The notes beneath the pieces are model-generated. The model saw only the letters and a list, made by a program, of their open reading frames with translations, did not search any database and was not told where the DNA came from. Shown here piece after piece: positions 28,705-37,887 of a stretch of DNA of 64,000 bases. A program made the translations under genes and the position numbers. Positions within the stretch are counted from its first letter, which is position 1. Each line of letters begins with the position of its first letter. The stretch is taken from the NCBI GenBank assembly GCA_045597465.1, contig JAZLKG010000103.1, positions 404 through 64,403 of the forward strand, in the 5' to 3' direction. Source of the stretch: Bacteroidales bacterium. Lineage in GTDB: Bacteria > Bacteroidota > Bacteroidia > Bacteroidales > UBA3824.

Positions 28705-31356
28705 ATGAGAGTATACAGGTTTTATGCGATATTATCAGCCACAATAATGATAATCCTGCAGCTTGCAGGGCCTGCAATGGCCCAAACAGGCAGCAAAGCA
28801 AACCTTATAGACATATCATACTACAACAGCCCGCTGCGCATGATACTGGACGACATATCGGCGCAAAGCGGGCTGTTGTTTGTATATAACAGCGAGCAGA
28901 TAAACGACCAGCGCACACTGGATATCAGGATAAGGCAGAAAAACCTGGAAAACGTGATGGACCAGCTATCCAACAAGCTGGGTTTCAACTACGTGATAAT
29001 AGACAAACAGATAATACTGAAGGCCAGGAAAGAGGAACACATAACATCCCCTAATCCCCAAAAAAACACCGCCACCATAAGCGGATACATACTGGACAGC
29101 ATAACCAGGGAACCCCTGATTGGCGCGATTGTAAGCGTGGAAAACGAGCCTCTTGGCACAACCTCCAATGCCGTGGGATACTACTCGATAACCCTGGAGA
29201 AGGGACCCTATACGCTGATATACTCCTATCTGGGATATCAGAGGGAATACCTGCCAGTGATACACAACGGCGACGACATAATAAACATGAACCTGTCGCC
29301 CACCGACCTGCAGCTGGAGGCCATCACTGTAACTAGAAACCACCAAAGCATGAACGCCAAGGACATGCTGCGCCGGAGCAGCCACCTCAATGTGGATGAT
29401 TTCACCAAATACTCGGGCCTGGTGCTGGGTGGCGATGTGGTGGGAATATTGTCCACCGACCACGGCATCACCCGAATATCTGACTGTTCGGCCTTCTACA
29501 GCGTACACGGAGGCTTCAAGGACCAGAACCTGGTGCTGATAGACGATGCCCCGATATACCACCCGTCACACCTGTTTGGATTCTACTCGTCGGTGGCGCC
29601 ACAGGCCATCAACTCCATAGAGGCCTACACTTCGGATTTTCCACTCAAATACGGCGGCAGGCTGTCGTCCATCACCGATATCAGGACCAAGGACGGAAGC
29701 CTTGGAAAACTGAACGCATGCGCCGAAACCACCCCGTTGACAACATCGCTGCGTCTGGAAACTCCCGTACTGCGCGACAAGATAACCGCAACCACCAACT
29801 ACAGGAAATCCACCCTGGGATGGGCTGCAAGCCTGCTGAACAGGGACGGAGACTTCAGCTTCTACGACATCCACGGCAAGGTGCATTTCAAGCTGTCCGA
29901 CAAGGACAGACTGTACCTGTCGATATTCAACGGCAGCGACTATTACTCGAATCTGGAGACAGGCAACAACTACGCCGTATCGTGGAAAAACCTGGCCGCT
30001 ACAATACGATACTACCGCGTGCTCAGCCCCAGGATGCACATGAGCCTGACCATGTATTTCGGGCAATACAAATACAAGGTGTATACCAACGAGGACCACA
30101 GCAACTTCTGGAACAACAGGATAGGCAACATAACCATAAGGAACGACATGACGTACAACCTGACGCCCAAGCAGCTGATAAGGCTGGGAGCCGAATATTC
30201 CTACCATATATTCACCCCCGCCACTCTGTATATCGAAAAGCTGAAATCCAACAGCGGACTGCTGACCGGAAACGCCGACAACGCTTGCCTGTATGCCGGG
30301 GTGGAAAGCAATATCAGCAAGAAAATATCACTGAAATACGGCGCCAGGCTAAACACATGGAGCAACTACGGACCGGCCAAAAGCTACGTGTATGACGAGC
30401 AGATCCGAAAATGGGACACCATATCGTATCCGGGCGGCAGATTCAACACATACTGGAGGCTTGAGCCAAGGGTTACGGCCCTGATGATTCCTAACAGCCG
30501 CCTGGCCATAAAGGTGACCGCCGAGCGCAACGTGCAGTTCCAGCACATGCTGAGCAACTCGATAAGTCCATTCACCACGCTGGACCTCTGGATACCAAGC
30601 GGCAAGACTTTCGTGCCACAGGAATCGCACTGCTACACAGCCAGCGCCACCATAAAACTGAGGGAGATAAACCTTTGGGCATGCATCTTCAGCAAAAGAC
30701 TCACCAACCTTACGGAATACAGGCTGCACGCCAACATGCTGATGAACCAGTATATAGAGACCGAGTTTTACCACAACGGAAGGGCGCGGAGCAATGGATT
30801 CGAGATATCAGCCGAGAAAAACACCGGAAAGCTCAGGGCCAAGGCATCGTATACATTCACCGCATCCAGACGATACACCCCGGACCTGTATGACTACAAC
30901 TACATACCCGACAATTCGATTCCACATGCGCTGCACATGATGCTGCAATACAGCATAACGCCCAAACTGGTGGCCAAGGCCGACTGGAACCTCACCTCGG
31001 GCATTCCGTACACCAAGCCTGTGGGCTTCTACTACTACAGCGAGTACAAAATACCCTATTACGGCGAGCGCAACAACGCGAGACTACCCAACTACCACAA
31101 GCTGAACATGGCGCTGGAATACAACTTCCGCAAGGCCAGAAACAGCAGCATTTCCCACAAGCTGACACTTTCGGTATATAATGTTTACAACCGCAACAAC
31201 TATGTAATGGTAAGCTACAACAAGATAGAGACCGACAATGGCAACTACGTGATACCATCCAATTATATCAAGGAAAACGATTTTGTAGCAACGGGCCTCG
31301 CGCTGCCCGGCCTGCTGCCCATGCTGAGCTATCAGATACAGTATCAGCAAAACTGA
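28705..31356 (+). CDS. TonB-dependent receptor with N-terminal signalling (STN) and CarboxypepD_reg-like domains
   Basis: Signal peptide, STN-like SYYNSPLRMILDDISAQSGLLFVY, ISGYILDSITREPLIGAIVSV and a long beta-barrel region. No SusD-like gene follows. Confidence 0.85.
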   Translation: MRVYRFYAILSATIMIILQLAGPAMAQTGSKANLIDISYYNSPLRMILDDISAQSGLLFVYNSEQINDQRTLDIRIRQKNLENVMDQLSNKLGFNYVIIDKQIILKARKEEHITSPNPQKNTATISGYILDSITREPLIGAIVSVENEPLGTTSNAVGYYSITLEKGPYTLIYSYLGYQREYLPVIHNGDDIINMNLSPTDLQLEAITVTRNHQSMNAKDMLRRSSHLNVDDFTKYSGLVLGGDVVGILSTDHGITRISDCSAFYSVHGGFKDQNLVLIDDAPIYHPSHLFGFYSSVAPQAINSIEAYTSDFPLKYGGRLSSITDIRTKDGSLGKLNACAETTPLTTSLRLETPVLRDKITATTNYRKSTLGWAASLLNRDGDFSFYDIHGKVHFKLSDKDRLYLSIFNGSDYYSNLETGNNYAVSWKNLAATIRYYRVLSPRMHMSLTMYFGQYKYKVYTNEDHSNFWNNRIGNITIRNDMTYNLTPKQLIRLGAEYSYHIFTPATLYIEKLKSNSGLLTGNADNACLYAGVESNISKKISLKYGARLNTWSNYGPAKSYVYDEQIRKWDTISYPGGRFNTYWRLEPRVTALMIPNSRLAIKVTAERNVQFQHMLSNSISPFTTLDLWIPSGKTFVPQESHCYTASATIKLREINLWACIFSKRLTNLTEYRLHANMLMNQYIETEFYHNGRARSNGFEISAEKNTGKLRAKASYTFTASRRYTPDLYDYNYIPDNSIPHALHMMLQYSITPKLVAKADWNLTSGIPYTKPVGFYYYSEYKIPYYGERNNARLPNYHKLNMALEYNFRKARNSSISHKLTLSVYNVYNRNNYVMVSYNKIETDNGNYVIPSNYIKENDFVATGLALPGLLPMLSYQIQYQQN

Positions 31357-31409
31357 TGCTTATGCTGTTTCTGATGCTGCTGATATTTCTGATGCTGCTG
31401 AAAAAGAAG

Positions 31410-31442
31410 AAAGGCCTGGAATCCGGTGGACTCCAGGCCTTT
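31410..31442. terminator. Bidirectional terminator between receptor gene and gldN
   Basis: aaaggcctgga ... tccaggccttt 11-bp stem between convergent genes. Confidence 0.7.
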
Positions 31443-31465
31443 CGCTTGTGTGATATATCAGGATT

Positions 31466-32320
31466 TTAGTACTCCCACAAATCCTGCTCGAAATTGAAAA
31501 TCTGCTCCTTGATACGCTCGGCCTCGAGAAGGCACTCCTCGCCCTGAGCATACTGCTGAATGGTACGGTTGTCGTAAACGTTTGACTCGGCAAAGATGTA
31601 GCTTGAGAAGAATCTCTTCTGGAAGATATCCTCGAAGTTGAGTCTCTGAGCATCGTTCCTCATATTGAAACACTCTGCATTCGAGAGAATCTTGCGGGCC
31701 TCAGGATAGTAAATCCAGAAAACCTTCTTCTGCTGAGGGCTCTCCATGTTTGGATCGTCGTCGCGGTAGTAGATTCTGATAGGGCAGATACCGATAATGC
31801 GGACATCCATTACAGAGCGCTGCTTGTCGAAGAACCAGAGCTCCTTGAGGAGGTATGCCTGAACCTCGGCACTGTTGTATGCCTGCTCTACGATCTTGGA
31901 CTCGATATTACCATCGAGATCCTCCACTGTAAGGGTCTCGGTCTTGCTACCCATATTGGTATGCACATTCTTCTCGGTAACGATTGTGCCGAACTCGTCG
32001 TCTCCATTCTCCTCGTAGGCCGTGAGGCCCTGAGTGTGGATACCCTCAAGAAGAACATCTATAAGGCTCATGCGGCCGTCCTGAGGACGCTTTGGGAAGT
32101 AGAGGTGATGGTTTGCACGCTCCTTGAGCTCGATGCGGCGCCAGATAATCTTGCTCCACATTACATCAGACTCCCTTACGTACTGGTAAGGAACAGGCTT
32201 GCGGTTTACAGTGTGTATCTTCTCGTAAGGAAGACCCAAGAGCTCCTGAGCTTGGCACTCTACGGTATCCAGACACTGCAACATGGCTAAAACAGCCATC
32301 AAGAACAGAATTTTTTTCAT
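31466..32320 (-). CDS. gldN: Type IX secretion/gliding motility protein GldN (PorN)
   Basis: Signal peptide, length and position after gldM. Conserved WSKIIWRRIELKE-type region. Confidence 0.88.
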   Translation of the reverse strand: MKKILFLMAVLAMLQCLDTVECQAQELLGLPYEKIHTVNRKPVPYQYVRESDVMWSKIIWRRIELKERANHHLYFPKRPQDGRMSLIDVLLEGIHTQGLTAYEENGDDEFGTIVTEKNVHTNMGSKTETLTVEDLDGNIESKIVEQAYNSAEVQAYLLKELWFFDKQRSVMDVRIIGICPIRIYYRDDDPNMESPQQKKVFWIYYPEARKILSNAECFNMRNDAQRLNFEDIFQKRFFSSYIFAESNVYDNRTIQQYAQGEECLLEAERIKEQIFNFEQDLWEY

Positions 32321-32541
32321 GATTTTATTGACTTAAATAGTAAACTTCGATATTAGAGAGTTTTTTATAAAACTTGTTTATTAAATATAAACTCTCTTTT
32401 CGCCGAAATATTGTAATGATGCCACAATATTTTTGATGAAAAAAGCAAAAAAAGGGAGAGTCTTAATAAACGCAAGGTATTATTAAAACTCTCCTTTTTT
32501 ATGACGGGAAATACCGGAAGGAATCCGATATCATCCTGATG

Positions 32542-34212
32542 CTACTTAAGCTTGAAGTTGATAGAACCGAGGTCACGGATAGAACCGTCAGGACCCTTGG
32601 CCTTGATATCGTCGATAGAAACACGGCTGCCAGGAGCAAGCTGGTTGATGAGGGCCTTCTGAGCTGGTGTGAAAGCGGCAGACTTGGATGGCTCATCCTT
32701 TACGAATCCCTTGATATTGGCCGAAACGGTGAATGAAACAACTGTAAACTTGAGGTCGAAATCGAAGTTCTCGAGGTCGGCCTTTACACCAGCCTGGTTG
32801 GCGAGTGTGGCCTTAGAGATTGTACCACCACGCTTGTTGGCAGGATCGTTACCTACAACAGCAACTGGGTCTGGAACTCTCTTAACACGGAACTCTCTTG
32901 TACCGAGGCTCTTTGTAGAACCGTCGATATTGGCTGAAACCGAGATGTTTACCTTGCCGGCTGCCTTTACAGTAGCGATGTACTCGCCAGGCTTTGCACC
33001 CTTGGTAAGTGAGCCGCCTCCAGTGATGGAAGGAATCAACTTAGATGGGTCAACACCAGAAGAAGTGATCTCGATTGGGTTGGCAACACCGATGTAGAGA
33101 ACGTTCATCTTGGTAGGTGAAACCGACAAAGAAGAAACGCCAACCTCGTACTCGCTCTTGAAAGGATACTCCTTGATCTCGCCAGTGTTCTTGTTTTTCA
33201 ACTTAACAACACCGCTGAAAGAGTGAGGTCCTGGGCTCTGGGTATTTCCGGTATAAGTACCAACACCGTTCTTAACAGTGATAGGCTGACCGCCAACGAG
33301 AATGTCAGGATTCTGTGTAGAGTCGTAAGCTGCGATAAAGATCTCAGCCTTGAAAGGCTCGCCTACCTGAACATAGTTAGATGGAGCTGTAACAACAGCC
33401 TTGATGGCGTTGAACTTCATATCAGCCTTGCCGATAAGGCCACGGAGATACTGAAGCATTGAAGCCTCCACGTTGCGAACGTCGCTCTGCATCTTGGTCA
33501 TAAGAGAGAGTACACCGGCAGCAGGAAGGTGCTCGAAGTTGGCAGCAGGCCAAGGAACGATAACGCCCTTCTCCTCCTGAGACTCTACAGCGTCTGTAGC
33601 GAGCATCTCGGTGATTGTCGCAATCATAGACTCCTTCTCACCAGCGGTAGAGAGTGTGTCCTTGTTCACGATATCAGAGAGATATGCCTTGAGGTCCTCA
33701 CGGCTGCTCTGAACTTTCTTGCCGTGCTCACCCTCATTCTCCTGAATGAAGATCTGACCACCGACATTGTTGTCGTCCTTCTTGGAAACGAGGTCTCCGA
33801 AATATACTGTATTCTTGTCGTTCTCATAGTTGAGATCCTTGCCGGCATAGAGAGCCTGCATACCAGCCTCAGGATTGCTCATATCATAAGGAACACCCTC
33901 GAGGGTGCAAACGAACAACTCCTTGTATCCCTGAACAACACCGTAAGCCTCCTCACAATGCTTCATTACATCCTCGGCAGTAGCCAAAATAGGAGCAACG
34001 CCAGGATCATTCTTCAAGGCATCCTTGAAGCCTTCATGCGTATCACTAATCACCTTCTCGTTGATCTGGTTTGTCTTGCGCAAAGACGAGTCCACGAGAG
34101 AGAATGCTGAAAGGATTTCTGCAGAAACGTTCAACGCCAAAAGCGCGGTATAGAACAGGTACATCATACCGATCATCGCTTGCCTTGGGGTTTCTTTTCC
34201 TCCTCCACTCAT
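32542..34212 (-). CDS. gldM: Type IX secretion/gliding motility protein GldM (PorM)
   Basis: N-terminus PRQAMIGMMYLFYTALLALNVS is diagnostic of GldM. 556 aa. Confidence 0.92.
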   Translation of the reverse strand: MSGGGKETPRQAMIGMMYLFYTALLALNVSAEILSAFSLVDSSLRKTNQINEKVISDTHEGFKDALKNDPGVAPILATAEDVMKHCEEAYGVVQGYKELFVCTLEGVPYDMSNPEAGMQALYAGKDLNYENDKNTVYFGDLVSKKDDNNVGGQIFIQENEGEHGKKVQSSREDLKAYLSDIVNKDTLSTAGEKESMIATITEMLATDAVESQEEKGVIVPWPAANFEHLPAAGVLSLMTKMQSDVRNVEASMLQYLRGLIGKADMKFNAIKAVVTAPSNYVQVGEPFKAEIFIAAYDSTQNPDILVGGQPITVKNGVGTYTGNTQSPGPHSFSGVVKLKNKNTGEIKEYPFKSEYEVGVSSLSVSPTKMNVLYIGVANPIEITSSGVDPSKLIPSITGGGSLTKGAKPGEYIATVKAAGKVNISVSANIDGSTKSLGTREFRVKRVPDPVAVVGNDPANKRGGTISKATLANQAGVKADLENFDFDLKFTVVSFTVSANIKGFVKDEPSKSAAFTPAQKALINQLAPGSRVSIDDIKAKGPDGSIRDLGSINFKLK

Positions 34213-34274
34213 ATTATACTAATTTTAATGATTAAAAAAAACTGATTAATTAAAAAGTGTGTTTAGGGCGATGA

Positions 34275-35165
34275 TTACATCTTAACGTTGAGTGCTGTAA
34301 GCATGTTGCCGTAAACGGTGTTGAGGGCCTTGAGGTTGTTGCCAAGCTTGTTAACCTCGGCAGAATATGTCTTAGCACCCTGAACAGACTCCTTGAGACC
34401 GTCGATAACAGAATCGAAGTCGTTGAGCTGGAGCTCGAACACGCCGTTGATAGCGCCGAGATTCTTGTTGAGTTTTGCGATGTTGTCGCTGTACTCCTTG
34501 TTGCCATCGGTGAGGGCGGAGAAGTCAACAGAACCGAGCTTTGTGATCTGGCCCTGTACAGAACCCATTGTGTTGGCCATATCCTCAGCTGAAGAGTTGA
34601 AAGAAGAGATAGCTGAAGAAGCAGACTGGAGAGTATCTGTGAAAGACTTAGAAGCAACAGCTGCGTTAGAAACAGAAGCGAGGTCCTTAGCGTTCTCGCT
34701 GAGGTTGGCGAGGTTTGCGCCAAGCTTATCGAAGAACTTCTCACCGCCGGCTCTCTCGAGCATCTTGTCGAAACCATCAAGTGCGGCACCGCCCTGTGAC
34801 TTGGCTACGCCACCACCCATGTTCTCGAAGTTGTATGGGCTGTGAGACTTGTCTATCTGGTTCTCCCAAGGAATAACCTTGCAGATAGGAGCTGGTGTGC
34901 CAGCAGCCTCGAGGTTCTCCTCATCCTCCTCTGTGAACATGAGCTCAGGGAAGATATTCTGCCAGTGGTACTCAGTTGGAAGTGGAGCGAAAGCTGTGAT
35001 CAAGAAGATAGCAGCCTCAGTAAGAAGACCTACCATCAACATGATAGAAGCACCTGGATAGTGCTGGATCTTGAACAGCGCACCGACGATTACGACAGCG
35101 GCACCAATAGAGTTGAATTTCTGGAAAATGTTAGCGAATTTCCTGGTTTTGTTAAATGCTACCAT
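34275..35165 (-). CDS. gldL: Type IX secretion/gliding motility protein GldL (PorL)
   Basis: N-terminal two-TM region FNSIGAAVVIVGALFKIQHYPGA is typical of GldL. Positioned between gldK and gldM. Confidence 0.92.
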   Translation of the reverse strand: MVAFNKTRKFANIFQKFNSIGAAVVIVGALFKIQHYPGASIMLMVGLLTEAAIFLITAFAPLPTEYHWQNIFPELMFTEEDEENLEAAGTPAPICKVIPWENQIDKSHSPYNFENMGGGVAKSQGGAALDGFDKMLERAGGEKFFDKLGANLANLSENAKDLASVSNAAVASKSFTDTLQSASSAISSFNSSAEDMANTMGSVQGQITKLGSVDFSALTDGNKEYSDNIAKLNKNLGAINGVFELQLNDFDSVIDGLKESVQGAKTYSAEVNKLGNNLKALNTVYGNMLTALNVKM

Positions 35166-35462
35166 AATTTGTTAATTTAAAAATTAAATTATTGAAAATT
35201 GATTATTTATTTCGTTTGTAATTGACCGCCAAAACGTACATTTTGGCGATAAAATTGACACGCTAAAGGTATATATATTTTGCGAAAGCAAAAAACTTTA
35301 TACGTATTTTTTTTAATATTTTTTTCAAATGCAAAAATTATTCCACAAAAAGGGTACTTAAAACTTTTTCTGAGGCACACAAATTAAAACAGAAATCGCA
35401 ATGCCTTGGCAGGTGATGCGCCAACAGCATTGCGATATTATCTGATGAAGTATTATGAAATT

Positions 35463-36905
35463 CTAGAAGTTGCCATAATCCCAATCTGTAGCGTTACGTC
35501 CCATGTAAGACCTTACACATCTAAAGCCGATATAGCACTTAGCTGTGTCCTGATACTCGTAGGTACGTGTGCCAACCTGGAGATAGTATCCAACGTCCTT
35601 CCAAGAACCGCCACGTACAACCTTGCGCTTGAGTACTGGAGGATCGTCGGCCATGGCGTTGTAGCTGTAATCTGGGTTGAGGTCGTGTGTGTATGAGTAT
35701 GCGCTCTCGTCGAAAGCGTTTGATGTCCACTCGGCCACGTTTCCAGCCATGTCGTAGAGGCCATACTCGTTAGGTGCGTATGTTGCCACCTCGATTGTCC
35801 TTGCGGCGCCGTCGTCAGCATAGCGTCCACGGAGAGGCTTGAAGTTTGCGATAAAACAGCCTGAGTTGTTTCTTGTATAAGGACCTCCCCAAGGATACAT
35901 TGAGAGTGCGAGTCCGCCGCGTGCGGCATATTCCCACTCTGCCTCGGTTGGGAGTCGGTACTGCTCCACCATAGGCTGATGGTTCTGACGGAGTGCGTTG
36001 TTGAGCAGATCGGTACGCCAGATACAGAATGCTGTTGCCTGTTTCCAGGTAACACCTACTACTGGGTAGTTGTCGAAAGCCACATGCCAGAAATACTTTC
36101 TTGCCATAGGCTCGTTGTATGAGTAAGTGTAGTCGCTCATCCAAACCAGTGTATCAGGATATACAGGGATACGGCCCTTCATGATGAACGAGCGTCTGTC
36201 CTGGATAGGAACCACGTTGCCCTTGGCATCGATTACAGTACCCTCGTACTTACCGCCGGTGTAGTCCTCGTTGAAGTTGTAGCGGTTTTCCTTGAGGGCG
36301 GCCTGCTTGAGGTCTACCCACTCGTAGTCGTAAACGAGCTTGCGGGCATCGATCTCCTGGAGCTTGTTGAAACGCTCCTCCTTTACAAGGTAGAGGTCCT
36401 TGATGGCATCGGAGATTGCCTGACGCTCATCGCCCTTGCCGCTCTTGTCCCAAACCTTGTCGCGGTTTTCCCAATTCAGCCAGCAGGTTTTTGGGTTTTC
36501 AGGGTCGTACTCGTTGATGTCGACCTTGTCCTCGTCCACATGGATCTTGAACATGTTTCCCTTGCTGTCCTCGCCGGCACCCGCAATGATGCAGAGACGC
36601 ATTGCGATGGAATCGCGCACCCACTCCACAAACTGGCGGTACTCGTTGTTTGTAATCTCGGTATCATCCATCCAGAATGGATCCACTGTCACTGTCTTTG
36701 ACTGTGATGTAAGCGCAAAAGGCACGTCCTGGTCGTTTGGTCCCATGTTGAAGCTACCCTGAGGGATGAAAACCATTCCGTATGGGTCTGCCTCAGCATA
36801 GTTTGCAGGACGGTTTAGAGCTCCAGTAAGCTCGCCCGTTGCTCCCTTGTTGCATGAGCTTAGCATCAGAAGGCCCGATGCTGCTGCCACTAAAATCTTT
36901 TTCAT
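35463..36905 (-). CDS. gldK: Type IX secretion/gliding motility lipoprotein GldK (PorK), FGE-sulfatase fold
   Basis: Lipoprotein signal LSSC. SUMF1/FGE-like motifs (RGGSW, GFRCV). Confidence 0.92.
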   Translation of the reverse strand: MKKILVAAASGLLMLSSCNKGATGELTGALNRPANYAEADPYGMVFIPQGSFNMGPNDQDVPFALTSQSKTVTVDPFWMDDTEITNNEYRQFVEWVRDSIAMRLCIIAGAGEDSKGNMFKIHVDEDKVDINEYDPENPKTCWLNWENRDKVWDKSGKGDERQAISDAIKDLYLVKEERFNKLQEIDARKLVYDYEWVDLKQAALKENRYNFNEDYTGGKYEGTVIDAKGNVVPIQDRRSFIMKGRIPVYPDTLVWMSDYTYSYNEPMARKYFWHVAFDNYPVVGVTWKQATAFCIWRTDLLNNALRQNHQPMVEQYRLPTEAEWEYAARGGLALSMYPWGGPYTRNNSGCFIANFKPLRGRYADDGAARTIEVATYAPNEYGLYDMAGNVAEWTSNAFDESAYSYTHDLNPDYSYNAMADDPPVLKRKVVRGGSWKDVGYYLQVGTRTYEYQDTAKCYIGFRCVRSYMGRNATDWDYGNF

Positions 36906-36959
36906 AATACTTTTATATTTTTCCTAAGTTGATATTACACATTAGTTATTTTTCTATTC

Positions 36960-37883
36960 CTAAAGGAACCTCACGCTTCTCACTTTCTGTGCTGGCTTGC
37001 TGCGCTCCGGCATGAAACTGTATCCGAGCATCACCTCGAAGGAACCCATGTTTGTTTTCCTAAGTTTCGATATTCCAAGCTCATAGGCCAGGCCCACTCT
37101 CAAATCCTTCATTATTGTAAGGCCGCCCAGCAGTGTTATTGCGTCGCCGTTTCTATAGGTAACGCCACCCCATGCCTTTTTATTGTATAAAATATTAATA
37201 TTTATATCAGTTTGTGTTGTGTTTCCATCCGACATCAATATTATCGAGGGCGTCACATCAAATAACGTGTTTGGTATGGAAATATTGTATGATCCCGAAA
37301 AATAATAATGTCTTGCAAGATAAGTTTCGCCGTCCTCGGAGAAATCGAGCACCGGCTTGGCCACGTGCATCGACGACACTCCCAAAGTAAGGCCGCCCAC
37401 ATTATAATATAGGCCTGCGCCGAGGTCGAGTATCATTTTCCTGGTCTTTCCTGCAAATATCGCCTCTGTCTGGTCGGGAAACTGCCACTGGCCATCCACG
37501 CTCTTGTTGTAGATTCCGGCGTCCACTCCTATCGAGAGCCTTCCGGTACCTACCTGGATGTGCTGTGCGTATGCCGCCTTTGCCGTGAAATTAGACTCAT
37601 AGCCCACATTGTCGCTTATGATGGAGAGGCCCACACCTGCCAGAGCACCCAGCACACGCACCGGGGCATCGGCGCACATCATCGTGGTGGAGGGTCCGCC
37701 GTCCATGCCTGCCCACTGGTTGCGGTATATCAGGGTGGCGTTTATCAGGTCGCTGGCTCCGCAGTAGGCGGGATTGTAGGCCACCTGATTGAACATGAAA
37801 TGGCTGTAATGGGCATCCTGCTGGGCTATTGCCGACAGCGATACACACATGGCTGATATCAGGGTTATTAGAGTCTTCTTCAT
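36960..37883 (-). CDS. porP: PorP/SprF family type IX secretion system membrane protein
   Basis: The N-terminus after the signal peptide, QQDAHYSHFMFNQVAYNPAYCG, is the family signature. It heads the gldKLMN cluster. Confidence 0.9.
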   Translation of the reverse strand: MKKTLITLISAMCVSLSAIAQQDAHYSHFMFNQVAYNPAYCGASDLINATLIYRNQWAGMDGGPSTTMMCADAPVRVLGALAGVGLSIISDNVGYESNFTAKAAYAQHIQVGTGRLSIGVDAGIYNKSVDGQWQFPDQTEAIFAGKTRKMILDLGAGLYYNVGGLTLGVSSMHVAKPVLDFSEDGETYLARHYYFSGSYNISIPNTLFDVTPSIILMSDGNTTQTDININILYNKKAWGGVTYRNGDAITLLGGLTIMKDLRVGLAYELGISKLRKTNMGSFEVMLGYSFMPERSKPAQKVRSVRFL

Positions 37884-37887
37884 AAGA

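Noticed and set aside
31360-31673. ORFs 31360-31653 (-) and 31458-31673 (-)
   Set aside because: They overlap the terminator region and the 3' end of gldN in other frames, and their Ser/Arg-rich sequence has no motif.
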